A DNA stretch of 64,000 nucleotides from a virus (Duplodnaviria > Caudoviricetes): positions 1-64,000 of IMG/VR virus record IMGVR_UViG_2786546882_000003; one strand, written 5' to 3'. The translations under genes and the position numbers were made by a program. Below the pieces are notes generated by a model, which was given only the letters and a program-made list of their open reading frames with translations, had not been told where the DNA came from and did no database searches. The stretch's first letter is position 1. Each line of letters opens with the position of its first letter. Shown here piece by piece: positions 46,058 through 55,834 of this stretch.

Positions 46058-47695
46058 GTGATCAAAGTGACGAAGGCGCTTGCTGCGCACGCGGCCGAAC
46101 ATCTCGGCCTCGATTCTGATCTTGCCAAGGACTACAAGGCAAACGAAGACGCAATCCGCAAGTGCGTTTCGGAAGCCTTGACCGAAGGTAAGTTGGAAAT
46201 CGGACAACTGCAAAAGTTGATGGAAACGCCTGCCGAAGACGAGGCCAGCACGAAGGCCAAGCAGATGATCGGCGAGGCTGTCGGTGAAGCAATGGCTCCG
46301 TTTGCGAAGGGCCTGAGCGATTTGACCGATACCCTCAGCAAAGCGTTTGGCTCCGGCCAAGCGGCCACGGGTGAGACCAAGGAAACCAAGGGCGAAGGCG
46401 CTGGCGCCAAGGCCTATGGTGCGGCCGGTTCGAACCAAGGCGGAGAATCGACCCCTCCCCGCGTGAAGTGTGTCTCCGAACTGTACGACCGCACGACCAA
46501 GTCGGCGACTCGTCCCAACGGTATGCCGTACGCGATCAAGGGCGACGACGACGGAACTCCCGGTCGTGACCTGATGCACCCCAGTCAGTTTGACAAGGCT
46601 GTGTCGGGTGCGTGGTTGAAGTTCATGATCAACCGCCAGGCCAAAGTGGACAACCACAGCGTGCCGAACGGTCTGAAAATGACCGATCACGACTGGGCGT
46701 TGGTCAAGTATGCGGCCAACGAGATGCCGTTCCTCGGCCCTGTCGGCATGAAGAGCGAAGACGACGACGCCAGCTCCGGTTGGGCCAAGGGAACGCGGCT
46801 CAACGACATGCAGGTCAAGACGTTGCTTGACGACGCGACCTCCGGCGGTTTGGAAGCAGTTCCAATCGTGTTCGACGACATCGCCATTCTGACCCCGTTG
46901 CTCAACGGCGAGTTGTTCCCCTACGTCGATGTCCGCACCACGACCCGTCGTCGTGTGGAAGGCTTCGCGATGGGCAACCCTTCGGTCTACTGGACGGCTG
47001 AAGGGTCCACCCCGACCGTGTTCAGCACCGACGACTTCATCTCGGCCTTCGACACCAACGTCCACCCCTGTACGGGAACGATGGAAGTCGGCCTGGACTT
47101 CGAGGCGGATTCGCCCGTCGGCATCGCCGATCTGTTGATCAGCCGCTACGGCCAGCAAATGGCTACCGAGTTGGACAACGTCATCGCGACTGGCTCCGGC
47201 ACCGGCCGACCGCTTGGTATTTTCAACACGGTTGGGTTGACCTCGCTCAGCACCGCGAACGGAACCGGTGGTCCCTGGACGATCGGCGACATCGACAAGC
47301 TGTATTACGGCGTCGATGCGGCCTTCCGCCAGGAAGCCGGCAACCGATTGGTCTTCGTCGGCAACGACGTGACCTACCAGCGTCTGCGTTCGATCCAAGT
47401 CGGAACCTCCGACCAGCGCCGGGTGCTCGGAATGAGCTACCTCGGAACCGGTCGTCCGATGATCAACGACGTCATGTATGCCCGCAACACGGGGATCGGA
47501 AACGGTTCGTTGGCAGCCTGCTGCTTGAACCGCTACGTCATCTACCGCCGGGCAGGTTTCTCGGTTCGCCGCGAAACCGGTGGTACGACCTTGGCGGCCA
47601 AGAACTTGAGCCAGTACATCTTCCGCATGCGGGTAGGTGGCCAGCTCAACCACAGTTCGGCCGCAGTCATCTACGACGGTGACGGCCAAACCTAA
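46058..47695 (+). CDS. major capsid protein (HK97 fold)
   Basis: SGGLEAVP..F, W.AEG, G.GTG.PLGI; strong codon bias; terminator after gene. Confidence 0.92.
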   Translation: MIKVTKALAAHAAEHLGLDSDLAKDYKANEDAIRKCVSEALTEGKLEIGQLQKLMETPAEDEASTKAKQMIGEAVGEAMAPFAKGLSDLTDTLSKAFGSGQAATGETKETKGEGAGAKAYGAAGSNQGGESTPPRVKCVSELYDRTTKSATRPNGMPYAIKGDDDGTPGRDLMHPSQFDKAVSGAWLKFMINRQAKVDNHSVPNGLKMTDHDWALVKYAANEMPFLGPVGMKSEDDDASSGWAKGTRLNDMQVKTLLDDATSGGLEAVPIVFDDIAILTPLLNGELFPYVDVRTTTRRRVEGFAMGNPSVYWTAEGSTPTVFSTDDFISAFDTNVHPCTGTMEVGLDFEADSPVGIADLLISRYGQQMATELDNVIATGSGTGRPLGIFNTVGLTSLSTANGTGGPWTIGDIDKLYYGVDAAFRQEAGNRLVFVGNDVTYQRLRSIQVGTSDQRRVLGMSYLGTGRPMINDVMYARNTGIGNGSLAACCLNRYVIYRRAGFSVRRETGGTTLAAKNLSQYIFRMRVGGQLNHSSAAVIYDGDGQT

Positions 47696-47730
47696 TCGGT
47701 AACGGCGGACTGAGCCCATCCGCCGTGTTC

Positions 47731-47769
47731 ACAGCCCCCGGGGTTTGCTCCACCCTGGGGGCTGTTTTT
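47731..47769 (+). terminator. intrinsic terminator after MCP
   Basis: ACAGCCCCCGGGG...CCCTGGGGGCTGT-TTTT. Confidence 0.88.
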
Positions 47770-47797
47770 CTGTCAGGAGCATCGAGGGGGATCTCGA

Positions 47798-48388
47798 GTG
47801 GTTAATGACTTGATTCGGCTCGTCGCTTTGACAGCCAAAGACGAAACGCTGTACCCGGTTCGGGTGAAGCTGCGCGATAAACTCGCCGAGCTCGAACTGC
47901 AACCATCAACTCCGTTTGAGCCGCTCAAACCTGGCGAACCGACGTCAGTGACTTTCGCGGTCAACCATATCCTGGCGTTCATCGAAAAGACCGTCCTTCC
48001 GGGTTGGCTCCCAAAGGACACGAACGAGACGGCCAAAGCGAAGATGGCGGAACGTTGCGATCTGCTGCAGAAGCTGGCCGCATCCATCAACCTCGACGTG
48101 TTGGACAAAGACAAAGAATCGGTGATGGTTTTTGAACCGACCGTGAAGTCTTCGCCGCTAGGCGTTGAGCCAGCAGTTGAGCCGGAGGCGGAACCAGCGG
48201 CGAACATCGTCGACACGTTTGCTCTTCAGGCACGTGTCGCCAATCGGCTGAAAGAAATACTCGACGAAAACGACGTTGACGCTACGTCGGTCGATGAAGT
48301 CAGAAAGTTCATTGAGTCAGCGAACGTAGACGACATGAAGGGGATCGGAAAAGCAAGTTTGGAGAAAGTCAGGGCCGCAGTGAAGTAG
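47798..48388 (+). CDS. hypothetical protein with C-terminal HhH motif
   Basis: MKGIGKASLEKV. Confidence 0.7.
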   Translation: MVNDLIRLVALTAKDETLYPVRVKLRDKLAELELQPSTPFEPLKPGEPTSVTFAVNHILAFIEKTVLPGWLPKDTNETAKAKMAERCDLLQKLAASINLDVLDKDKESVMVFEPTVKSSPLGVEPAVEPEAEPAANIVDTFALQARVANRLKEILDENDVDATSVDEVRKFIESANVDDMKGIGKASLEKVRAAVK

Positions 48389-48468
48389 CGTTAGTCTCTC
48401 ACGACCGCGAATCCTGAATAAAACTGAGCTTTTCGCGACTGGCGAAACCGATCACTTCGAGGGGAAAT

Positions 48469-49086
48469 ATGGCAAACCAAAACAGCACCGGCAGCAGCAA
48501 CTCCAACAACCAACAAAGCAATCGGCCAGCATCCGTGACAAAGCAACGGTATGCGATTGAGGTTGCCCACAAGCGGAACAACGGCTTGATGTTCGGGCCG
48601 CTCAGCCAACGACTTCGCGGACGCTGGGAGGCGAACAAGATTGTTCGGTTTCCGATCAGTGAAAACTCAGGCCTGGCCGGATTGATGGATGCTGCTCCGG
48701 AAATCCCTGGGATGTACATCTGGATTGACTTGGAAAAACGGTCGGCCGGTGCAAAAGACCCGCTGGAATGCACTGAGTCCGGCAAACGGATCATGGCCAA
48801 GATTCAGTCACACTACAAGCAGGTCGAGAGCGCCGTAGTCAGTCCGGCCGAACCGATCGAAATCACCGGCATGACCGACGATCAGATCAAAGACTTCCTT
48901 TACTGGATGCGGCGATCGGTTGATGACGGCCATGCGGTGGCAGTGGCAAACAGCCCTGAGCTTCCTCCGATGGAGAAGATCAAGCAAATGCCAGGTCGGC
49001 GGACGCTCAACCACGCGTTTCCGACGACGAACCCCGAAACACGCCAGTTCGAAGAGCCTTACGAGTTCTTCGTTCCGGCGAAATAG
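48469..49086 (+). CDS. hypothetical protein
   Basis: GAGG RBS, 205 aa. Confidence 0.75.
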   Translation: MANQNSTGSSNSNNQQSNRPASVTKQRYAIEVAHKRNNGLMFGPLSQRLRGRWEANKIVRFPISENSGLAGLMDAAPEIPGMYIWIDLEKRSAGAKDPLECTESGKRIMAKIQSHYKQVESAVVSPAEPIEITGMTDDQIKDFLYWMRRSVDDGHAVAVANSPELPPMEKIKQMPGRRTLNHAFPTTNPETRQFEEPYEFFVPAK

Positions 49087-49167
49087 CATCCCACCGGTGT
49101 CCCCCTCGCCACGGGATACCCACCTCGTGCTTCGGCGCGGGGTGGGATCAAACAACGGGAGCAAACG

Positions 49168-49296
49168 ATGAAGAAGATGGCTGACATGGTGTGCCCAAAT
49201 TGCAAGGGCGCCAAACAAAAAGACGGGAAGGTTTGTGGGAAGTGCGGAGGAACCGGACTTCGAAACAAGAACCCGGTACGCGGGGTTGAGAAATGA
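49168..49296 (+). CDS. 42-aa DnaJ-type Zn-finger peptide
   Basis: GGGAG RBS; CPNCKG...CGKCGGTG; ATGA overlap with next gene. Confidence 0.6.
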   Translation: MKKMADMVCPNCKGAKQKDGKVCGKCGGTGLRNKNPVRGVEK

Positions 49297-50057
49297 CGTT
49301 TGTTACCCAGGATGAAGTCGCTCAGGCGGTACTTGGCGTTGCTGGCTGGTCATCCATGTCAGCAGTCGACCAATACTTGCTCGAGCCGATCATCACTGGG
49401 GTCGAGGCTGCCATCGCGGTACACCTCGGTTTGAACACGTCACGAACAACGCGTGAAGAGATCCTCGCCCTGCACCATACGTTTCCGAAGCACTCGCTCG
49501 AGGTGGACGAGACGCGATGGGGCACGGATCTGATTTACCTGAAGCATACCCCTGTCACCGTGAGTGGTTTGACGGTCTATGCTCACGAGTCCGAGGAGCC
49601 CTCATCGTGGACTTCGAACGAAGAGCTGACTGCTGGCACTGACTTCCAGCTGGAAGACGTTGTCTCGATCAGCCTGGATGGCACACCGACTGACATGTCG
49701 ATGACCGGAGCGCTGCGGCGACTCGGTGGTTCGACTTGGCCCGTTCGGCCAGGTTGCGTGCGGGTGACATACACCGGTGGGTTTGATTCGACCATGCTCA
49801 CCAACAACTGGGAACTCGTCAAGATGGCGACGTTCACCTGCATCCGGGACCATTACGCGACGGCCAAAAAGGCGTATGGAATTCAAGGTGCTGGAGCGAC
49901 AGGACCACTTAAAAGCGAATCGATCGGCAAGTATTCATACACGATTGACTCAGACGGCAGCCGAACACTGAGTCTGAACGGAACGTCGCTTGGCGGCCTG
50001 ACCACTTCAGCGCGTGCGATTTTGAGCCCACTGGTTGACTACGGGATCTACTTCTAG
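49293..50057 (+). CDS. head-tail adaptor
   Basis: VRVTYTGGF, KSESIGKYSY, A.AILSP. Confidence 0.85.
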   Translation: MTFVTQDEVAQAVLGVAGWSSMSAVDQYLLEPIITGVEAAIAVHLGLNTSRTTREEILALHHTFPKHSLEVDETRWGTDLIYLKHTPVTVSGLTVYAHESEEPSSWTSNEELTAGTDFQLEDVVSISLDGTPTDMSMTGALRRLGGSTWPVRPGCVRVTYTGGFDSTMLTNNWELVKMATFTCIRDHYATAKKAYGIQGAGATGPLKSESIGKYSYTIDSDGSRTLSLNGTSLGGLTTSARAILSPLVDYGIYF

Positions 50058-50428
50058 TGAGCGTCAGCACGATAGCTACCGGAGATACGGTCCAGATCTA
50101 CGCGGAAGCGTCAGATGATTGGACTGACAACCAGCGTGTGACTTTGCAGACGGCCGATGTTGACTGCAAAGTTCAGATGCTATCAGCGGACGAAAGCGAC
50201 GGGTTCCTTTCAGACGCTGAAGCTAAAGGGGTCCAAGTGTTGTTCGCGAGCGATCCGAGTTTGAACTCGCGTTGCTACTTGAAACATACCGCCAGGGCAG
50301 ATGGCTCCATCTCTGCGAGATGGTTCAAAGTTATGGGGACGTTTGAGGAAGGGCGGCCTGGGCAAACATTGCTATGGGTCGCCATGTGCGAAGAGCTTAC
50401 CGGCGCGGGAGCACCGACAGTTGTCTGA
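50057..50428 (+). CDS. probable head closure protein
   Basis: Position and size. Confidence 0.65.
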   Translation: MSVSTIATGDTVQIYAEASDDWTDNQRVTLQTADVDCKVQMLSADESDGFLSDAEAKGVQVLFASDPSLNSRCYLKHTARADGSISARWFKVMGTFEEGRPGQTLLWVAMCEELTGAGAPTVV

Positions 50429-50783
50429 CATCCAGTACACGAACCGAAACGCGGCTTTTATCCGGCGGCTCAAGCGGGACATCGGTCGCAATATGGACGC
50501 TACTGGCGACTGGATGGTCAGAGAGATGGCCAAGAAGATGAGCATTCCGGCTCCTCCAGCCAGTCAGCCTGGAGAGTATCCACGGAAGCGTACTGGCCGC
50601 TTGGTAGACAGCATCAAGAAAACACGACGTGGCATGACCATGCGAGTTGGCCCCCGCGTGAGGTACGCAAAAGACTTGGCGGCCATGCGGCGAAAGCTTG
50701 CCCCTGAGTTCTTGCTCGAGAATCGCCGGGCGATCTTCCAACGGATTATTGGAGGGCGTAGTGGCTATCGACGCGGTTCTTAG
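50421..50783 (+). CDS. HK97 gp10-like neck protein
   Basis: SQPGEYP..RTGRL..SI...YA..L. Confidence 0.8.
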   Translation: MSDIQYTNRNAAFIRRLKRDIGRNMDATGDWMVREMAKKMSIPAPPASQPGEYPRKRTGRLVDSIKKTRRGMTMRVGPRVRYAKDLAAMRRKLAPEFLLENRRAIFQRIIGGRSGYRRGS

Positions 50784-51198
50784 CGGGCTAGAGGCACTGA
50801 TCACTGAAAAGAACGGCAGCGGCCAGGATCTGGAGTTTCTGCAAGGCCTTGGCGTCGAAGTCGTTCCGCCGTCGTCATCTGCGCAGTTTCCATACGTCGT
50901 CATCCGCGATGTCGACGAGACGGAGGAGTTTGCGACCGACGCCAGCAAGTTCCATAGCGTAGGGCTCACGATATCGCTACTCGTCAAACAGAAGGACGAT
51001 GCTGAAACAAGATTTGCGTCACTGAAAAGTGCGTTAGCCACCAAACTCGAAGACCCCCAAGCGTTTTCCCAATACATCACGAGTGATCAAGTGTGTGTCT
51101 GGGATATCAGTTTCGGTGACACCAATCTTGTGCCGCGCGACTCTCATATCTGGGAATACGCGTGGATATTAGAGTTTAAGACCAAAACCCTGCGATGA
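50761..51198 (+). CDS. probable tail terminator
   Basis: FPYVVI motif; position before tube. Confidence 0.7.
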   Translation: MAIDAVLSGLEALITEKNGSGQDLEFLQGLGVEVVPPSSSAQFPYVVIRDVDETEEFATDASKFHSVGLTISLLVKQKDDAETRFASLKSALATKLEDPQAFSQYITSDQVCVWDISFGDTNLVPRDSHIWEYAWILEFKTKTLR

Positions 51199-51210
51199 GG
51201 AAATTAAGAG

Positions 51211-51657
51211 ATGCCTGCAAATACGGATGTAGCATCTGGACGGTACGCCTGTGCGAAGCTTTCCGACGACTCGACATTGTACGAGATCACCGGTTGGACG
51301 ATGCAGGACTCCGAGGATGACGTCAACTACGTCAGTTGTGAAACCGACGGCGCACGAAAGCGCGTTGACGGTAACACGGATACCCAAGGCACGCTATCCG
51401 GCGTGTTCAACACCGAAAACCCAATCACGGATCAGATCGACAAGGGAGACCTTGTTGTTCTGCACCTGTTCGTCCGCAAGCCGACGGCCAGCTACACGGG
51501 GCTGTACCACAAAGTCCCAGCCAAGATCCTCAGCGTCGATGAGACAGCCGACGTCGAAGGCGCCGCGCCGCACCGGTGGACTGCCAACTGGGTGTTGCAC
51601 ACGACGACAGCGGATCCGGCGCTGCTGAAGAACCAAACGGTTCCGGCGTTGACTTAA
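51211..51657 (+). CDS. tail tube protein (short type)
   Basis: EITGWT...G..KRVDG..D..GT.SG; position. Confidence 0.75.
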   Translation: MPANTDVASGRYACAKLSDDSTLYEITGWTMQDSEDDVNYVSCETDGARKRVDGNTDTQGTLSGVFNTENPITDQIDKGDLVVLHLFVRKPTASYTGLYHKVPAKILSVDETADVEGAAPHRWTANWVLHTTTADPALLKNQTVPALT

Positions 51658-51697
51658 TAGTCACAGATCCGGCAGGGTTTACTTTTAGGGGGAAAGT

Positions 51698-52183
51698 ATG
51701 AGTGTTGCAGTAGCGTTTGGGACGGATTTGGACATCGAGATCGGCGGAGAGAAAATCTCTCTCCCGCCGCTCACGATGTACGATCTGGCTCGGCTAGAGA
51801 ATGCCTACATCGAGCACCTGTTTGAGAAGGTGAAGATCGACACGCAGTTGTCTACGCCTGAGGAAAAGAAAGAGGCCGTGGCAAAGGTCCGCGAAACTCG
51901 CTTGATGCTCAGCGAAGATGCGATGCCGTTGCTCCAGTGGATTGTCAAGAACGGTGAGGGGCAAGTGGCTGCGTTGCGACAGTGTCTGGAGCCCAAATAC
52001 CCAGGCAAGTTCACAAAGCAAGACATCGCCAAATGGATGTTCTATGACGCCGTGGACAAGCAGCACTTTCAACGGTGGATGGTCGTCTCTGGGATCTTGG
52101 CGGACCCTACGAGTCCGTCGATGACGACGGAACCGGAAACGGAAGAAAAGACGGTCCAGCCGGATTCAGCATCAACGACCTGA
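51698..52183 (+). CDS. tail assembly chaperone
   Basis: Between tube and TMP; IEIGGEKI.LPPLT. Confidence 0.7.
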   Translation: MSVAVAFGTDLDIEIGGEKISLPPLTMYDLARLENAYIEHLFEKVKIDTQLSTPEEKKEAVAKVRETRLMLSEDAMPLLQWIVKNGEGQVAALRQCLEPKYPGKFTKQDIAKWMFYDAVDKQHFQRWMVVSGILADPTSPSMTTEPETEEKTVQPDSASTT

Positions 52184-52440
52184 TTTGGTGTTTGTGCCGG
52201 CCAGCAGGCATCGCAGGGGTGTCGGGTTACGGCATGCTCCCTTCAGAGGCTTCGCAGCTGACATTGGCGCAAGTCATGAATCTGCTGCGGCCAGCTGACG
52301 AGCACCGAAAAGGAAAGCCAAAACGCGTTGGAAAACGTGAGAGGTTGGCCTATCAACAGGAGCTTGAGGATTTGAAGTCTGCGGCGGACGATCTCCGCCT
52401 TGCGATGGAAGCAATAGAGAGAAAGAACAATGCCCAGTGA
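52075..52440 (+). CDS. tail assembly chaperone, second part (G-T-like)
   Basis: Overlaps upstream gene in -1 frame; YGMLPSEASQLTLAQ. Confidence 0.6.
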   Translation: MDGRLWDLGGPYESVDDDGTGNGRKDGPAGFSINDLIWCLCRPAGIAGVSGYGMLPSEASQLTLAQVMNLLRPADEHRKGKPKRVGKRERLAYQQELEDLKSAADDLRLAMEAIERKNNAQ

Positions 52441-54628
52441 AGGCGAAATCGGAACTGGGATTGTCAAGATCAAGGTGGACTTCACCTACCTTGACAACCA
52501 ACTCCGTCGCGTCAACCGCAAAATCCAGTCGTTCAAGTTCGCGCCGATCCAGCTGAAGCTGGATAACAGCCGAATGATCAAGGACTTGGAGCGGTTTGGC
52601 AAAGTCCTCTATCGCTTTAAGGGTGCAGCAGAACGTCCGATCCACGTCCGCGTGGACACCTACAAAGCCAAGCAGGATCTGCGGCAACTGCGTGAGTCTT
52701 ATCGCCGGGCGGCGCAAGGCCCGACTTTTCCGACACGCGTTCCTGGCGCAAATCCAGGCATGGCTCCAGGCAATCGCGGCGGCATTGGTCGTATTGCAGC
52801 CGGCGTGTTTGGCGGAAACATTGCATCGAATCTCGGCATGCGTGCCGCTGGAATGGCCAGGAACGCGGCCGTGTCGTTTGTTGGTGGCGGCCTTCAGCTC
52901 AACGCTGAAGTCGAAGCCTACAACAACTCTCTCGGCATTCTGCTGAAGGACCAAGAAAAGGCCAACAAACTCTTCCGTGAATTGCAGAAGATGGACCTTG
53001 AGCTGCCGGTTGATATCGGCATGCTAGCCCAAAACGCACAGAAGCTTGCTGGTGCGGGGTTTGATCCGAACAAGATCGAAGGCATGATGCGAACGATCAC
53101 GGATGCCGCATCGATCAGCCCGATGGGGACCAACGAAGGGACGTCTCGTCTCGTCCGCGCTCTCACGCAGATGCGTGGTAAAGGCAACATCCAGTTGGAA
53201 GACCTCAACCAGATCGCGGAACTCGGTATCCCGATCCGTCAATTGATCCAACAGCAGTTCGGCATGTCTGCACAGGATCTTGGCGAGCGGACTCGTGACG
53301 GTTCGATGACGGTTGACCAAGCCATTGAGGGGATTCTCGACGGTTTCGACAGTAGCTTCGGAGGAGCACTCGAAGCGAGGGCCGGAACATTTAGCGGCAT
53401 GATCGATCAGGTCAACGATCGTTTCAAGGCTCTGCGCCGCGAGATGATGGAGCCGTTCTTCGAGGCATTGCGATCTCAGCTTGAGGATCTGACTGGCTGG
53501 ATGGCATCGGCCGAATTCGACAACCTCACTAAAAGTCTCGAAAACCTCGGTCGTGTTGTCAGCGAAGTTGTCCGAAGAAACACCGGTGGTGGCGGACCGA
53601 ACAGTGAGGAGGGCTGGTTGAACTGGGGTGCTAGGAACCTCACGGCTGGTTTTCAGTTGATGACGATGGATGAAGGTCTAGGCTACGCGCCTGGCGATCC
53701 GCGACAAGCACGCACCGAAGACATCGACAAATACCTGCGGCAATTCATCCGTGGCGAGGAGATTTCTAAAGCCCAGAGCAAGATGCTGCAGATCGCCTTC
53801 GAACAGCAGCAACAATTCCAGAATGCCTGGCACGTAGCCAAACGGCGTGGCGACAAAGAGGACATGGCCCGCCTTGAGGCGATTGATACTGAAGTAGGCA
53901 CGTACGCCAAAGAGGAAAGGGCGGCCGAGGCAAGGCAAAAACGGGAAGAGCAGGAATCCAAACGTGCCCAGATGACTTCTCAGGCCATCGAGCGTTTTGC
54001 TGGTTCATTCGGGGCGTTAGGGATTCGAGCCGAAGGTCGAACCGGCATTTACAACGCATTGGCCTCTGCTGTGCAAGGGTTCGGCGGCGGAGAGGCTCCA
54101 ACTCCGATGCAACAGGGCCTCAACGGCGGGATCACGACGGCAATCAACGGGCTCAACAGCGCCGTCGGAAAAGCGGTCGACTTCGGCAAGAACTGGGGCA
54201 AAGGGGCCTCTGAAGCCTACAAAGAACGCCTGATCAACGAAGGCAAGAGCGAGAACCAGTTTGCTCGAAGCGAGTTTCAGAATCGCCTGGACAAGATGAT
54301 CGCGGAAAATCCCGCGATCGCAGAGCGGTTGAAGAACACTGAGTTCTTCTCTGAGATGGTTCAGAACAAGGACGGCACGTTCGATACCAAGTTCAGCGTC
54401 GGAAAGCTTGGAAAAGGCGGTCCAGGAATGGCGCAGTTCACCGGTTTCGAGAGCCTCAACAAGATGCTGCAAGGTCAGGTCGACCAGGCCAACATGACGA
54501 AGTACGCGGAGGAGACGGCCAAAGCTGCTAAAGATCTGGTCGATGGAATGAACAAGAACAATGACAAGCAGGACAAAGTGATTGAACTGCTCGGGAAAAA
54601 ACCTGTTGGCATGGTGGGGGAAGGATGA
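52430..54628 (+). CDS. tape measure protein
   Basis: AL.QMRGKG.IQLEDLNQIAE.GIP, TFSG....D tape_meas motifs. Confidence 0.92.
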   Translation: MPSEGEIGTGIVKIKVDFTYLDNQLRRVNRKIQSFKFAPIQLKLDNSRMIKDLERFGKVLYRFKGAAERPIHVRVDTYKAKQDLRQLRESYRRAAQGPTFPTRVPGANPGMAPGNRGGIGRIAAGVFGGNIASNLGMRAAGMARNAAVSFVGGGLQLNAEVEAYNNSLGILLKDQEKANKLFRELQKMDLELPVDIGMLAQNAQKLAGAGFDPNKIEGMMRTITDAASISPMGTNEGTSRLVRALTQMRGKGNIQLEDLNQIAELGIPIRQLIQQQFGMSAQDLGERTRDGSMTVDQAIEGILDGFDSSFGGALEARAGTFSGMIDQVNDRFKALRREMMEPFFEALRSQLEDLTGWMASAEFDNLTKSLENLGRVVSEVVRRNTGGGGPNSEEGWLNWGARNLTAGFQLMTMDEGLGYAPGDPRQARTEDIDKYLRQFIRGEEISKAQSKMLQIAFEQQQQFQNAWHVAKRRGDKEDMARLEAIDTEVGTYAKEERAAEARQKREEQESKRAQMTSQAIERFAGSFGALGIRAEGRTGIYNALASAVQGFGGGEAPTPMQQGLNGGITTAINGLNSAVGKAVDFGKNWGKGASEAYKERLINEGKSENQFARSEFQNRLDKMIAENPAIAERLKNTEFFSEMVQNKDGTFDTKFSVGKLGKGGPGMAQFTGFESLNKMLQGQVDQANMTKYAEETAKAAKDLVDGMNKNNDKQDKVIELLGKKPVGMVGEG

Positions 54629-55350
54629 TAGAGGTCCACACAGTTTACTTTGACGGCACGGGGCGGACTCGCACGGACTTCAAGCGACTACGCGACGTGT
54701 TCATCCATAGCTTCCGGGCTCATATGCCGGATGCGAGGTTGCACGTCCACAACATCCCCCCGTGCGCACTTGGCCGGCAGTACAAACTCGCTAGCAACAC
54801 GTACAAGCTGACAAAGTGGGCTGAGATCGCCGAGAAGGCGACCGGTCCGACAGTCATTTGCGACTGCGACCTCATGTTTGACGGTCGCATCGACGACGCG
54901 TTTGACTACGACTTCGACTTGGCCTACGCGCAACGGTACGGGCGATTCCCCTTCAACTGCGGCGTGATCTTCCTGCGGCCGACGGAGACAGCGCGCGAAG
55001 TCATGCGGCAATGGAAGGCGATTAACGACAAGATGTTCGCAGACGCCACGTTTCATCTCCGCTACACCGACAAGTATGCGGGGATGAACCAGGCGGCATG
55101 GGGATACATGCGCGAGACTGGCAAACTACCTGAGACGGTCATTCAGGTGCCGCACAAGTACAACGCTTGTGAGGATGAATGGCTCCGCGTTGAAGACATC
55201 CGCGTGTACCACCTGAAGACTACGTTGCGGCAGGCCTGCCTAATACCTCCAGATCAACTACGTCGAAAAGACCTCCGGCCGATTGTCGAGAAGTTCCACG
55301 CATGGGAAGCACAAGGTGAAATTAATTTCCGAGGAGTACCGACAGCTTAA
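54625..55350 (+). CDS. GT-A glycosyltransferase (nucleotide-diphospho-sugar transferase-like)
   Basis: CDCDL (DxD), FNCGVIF, NQAA, YN, HLK. Confidence 0.82.
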   Translation: MIEVHTVYFDGTGRTRTDFKRLRDVFIHSFRAHMPDARLHVHNIPPCALGRQYKLASNTYKLTKWAEIAEKATGPTVICDCDLMFDGRIDDAFDYDFDLAYAQRYGRFPFNCGVIFLRPTETAREVMRQWKAINDKMFADATFHLRYTDKYAGMNQAAWGYMRETGKLPETVIQVPHKYNACEDEWLRVEDIRVYHLKTTLRQACLIPPDQLRRKDLRPIVEKFHAWEAQGEINFRGVPTA

Positions 55351-55834
55351 CGCCGAGCTCCACCAGAGGTCGGATGTCGGGTACGGGGGAAAAGGATACC
55401 GGCACGCCTCGGATGTGAGGAAGTTCGCCGACCGCCTGTCCGCGCGAACCGTGCTCGACTACGGGTGCGGCAAGGCAACGTTATCCGAGCACTTGGCGAT
55501 GAAGGTCATCAACTACGATCCAGCGATAGAAGAGTTCGCGTCTCCCCCAGATCAACAAGACATCGTAGTTTGCACCGACGTGCTCGAGCACATTGAGCCT
55601 GACCTCCTCCAGAACGTGCTTCGACACATTGATGGGTTAGCGATCTCCGGAATCTTTGCCGTGATAGCAACCCGGCCAGATGGCAGCAAACTTCTGGCTG
55701 ATGGGTCAAACCCACACAAAATCATCAAACCAGCGCGGTGGTGGGGAGAAACGTTGGCCAGTGTTTGGGGGAGGTTGAGTTTGATCGAGAGGAAAGGCGA
55801 AGTGCAGGTCACAGTCGATAAGGTCTTGGGTTAA
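55316..55834 (+). CDS. class I SAM-dependent methyltransferase
   Basis: VLDYGCGK, YDP, CTDVLEHI, H.....WW. Confidence 0.88.
   Translation: MKLISEEYRQLNAELHQRSDVGYGGKGYRHASDVRKFADRLSARTVLDYGCGKATLSEHLAMKVINYDPAIEEFASPPDQQDIVVCTDVLEHIEPDLLQNVLRHIDGLAISGIFAVIATRPDGSKLLADGSNPHKIIKPARWWGETLASVWGRLSLIERKGEVQVTVDKVLG

Noticed and set aside
46028-47719. 563-aa minus-strand ORF
   Set aside because: Antisense shadow of the codon-biased capsid gene; no motifs. The same applies to most overlapping ORFs in the track
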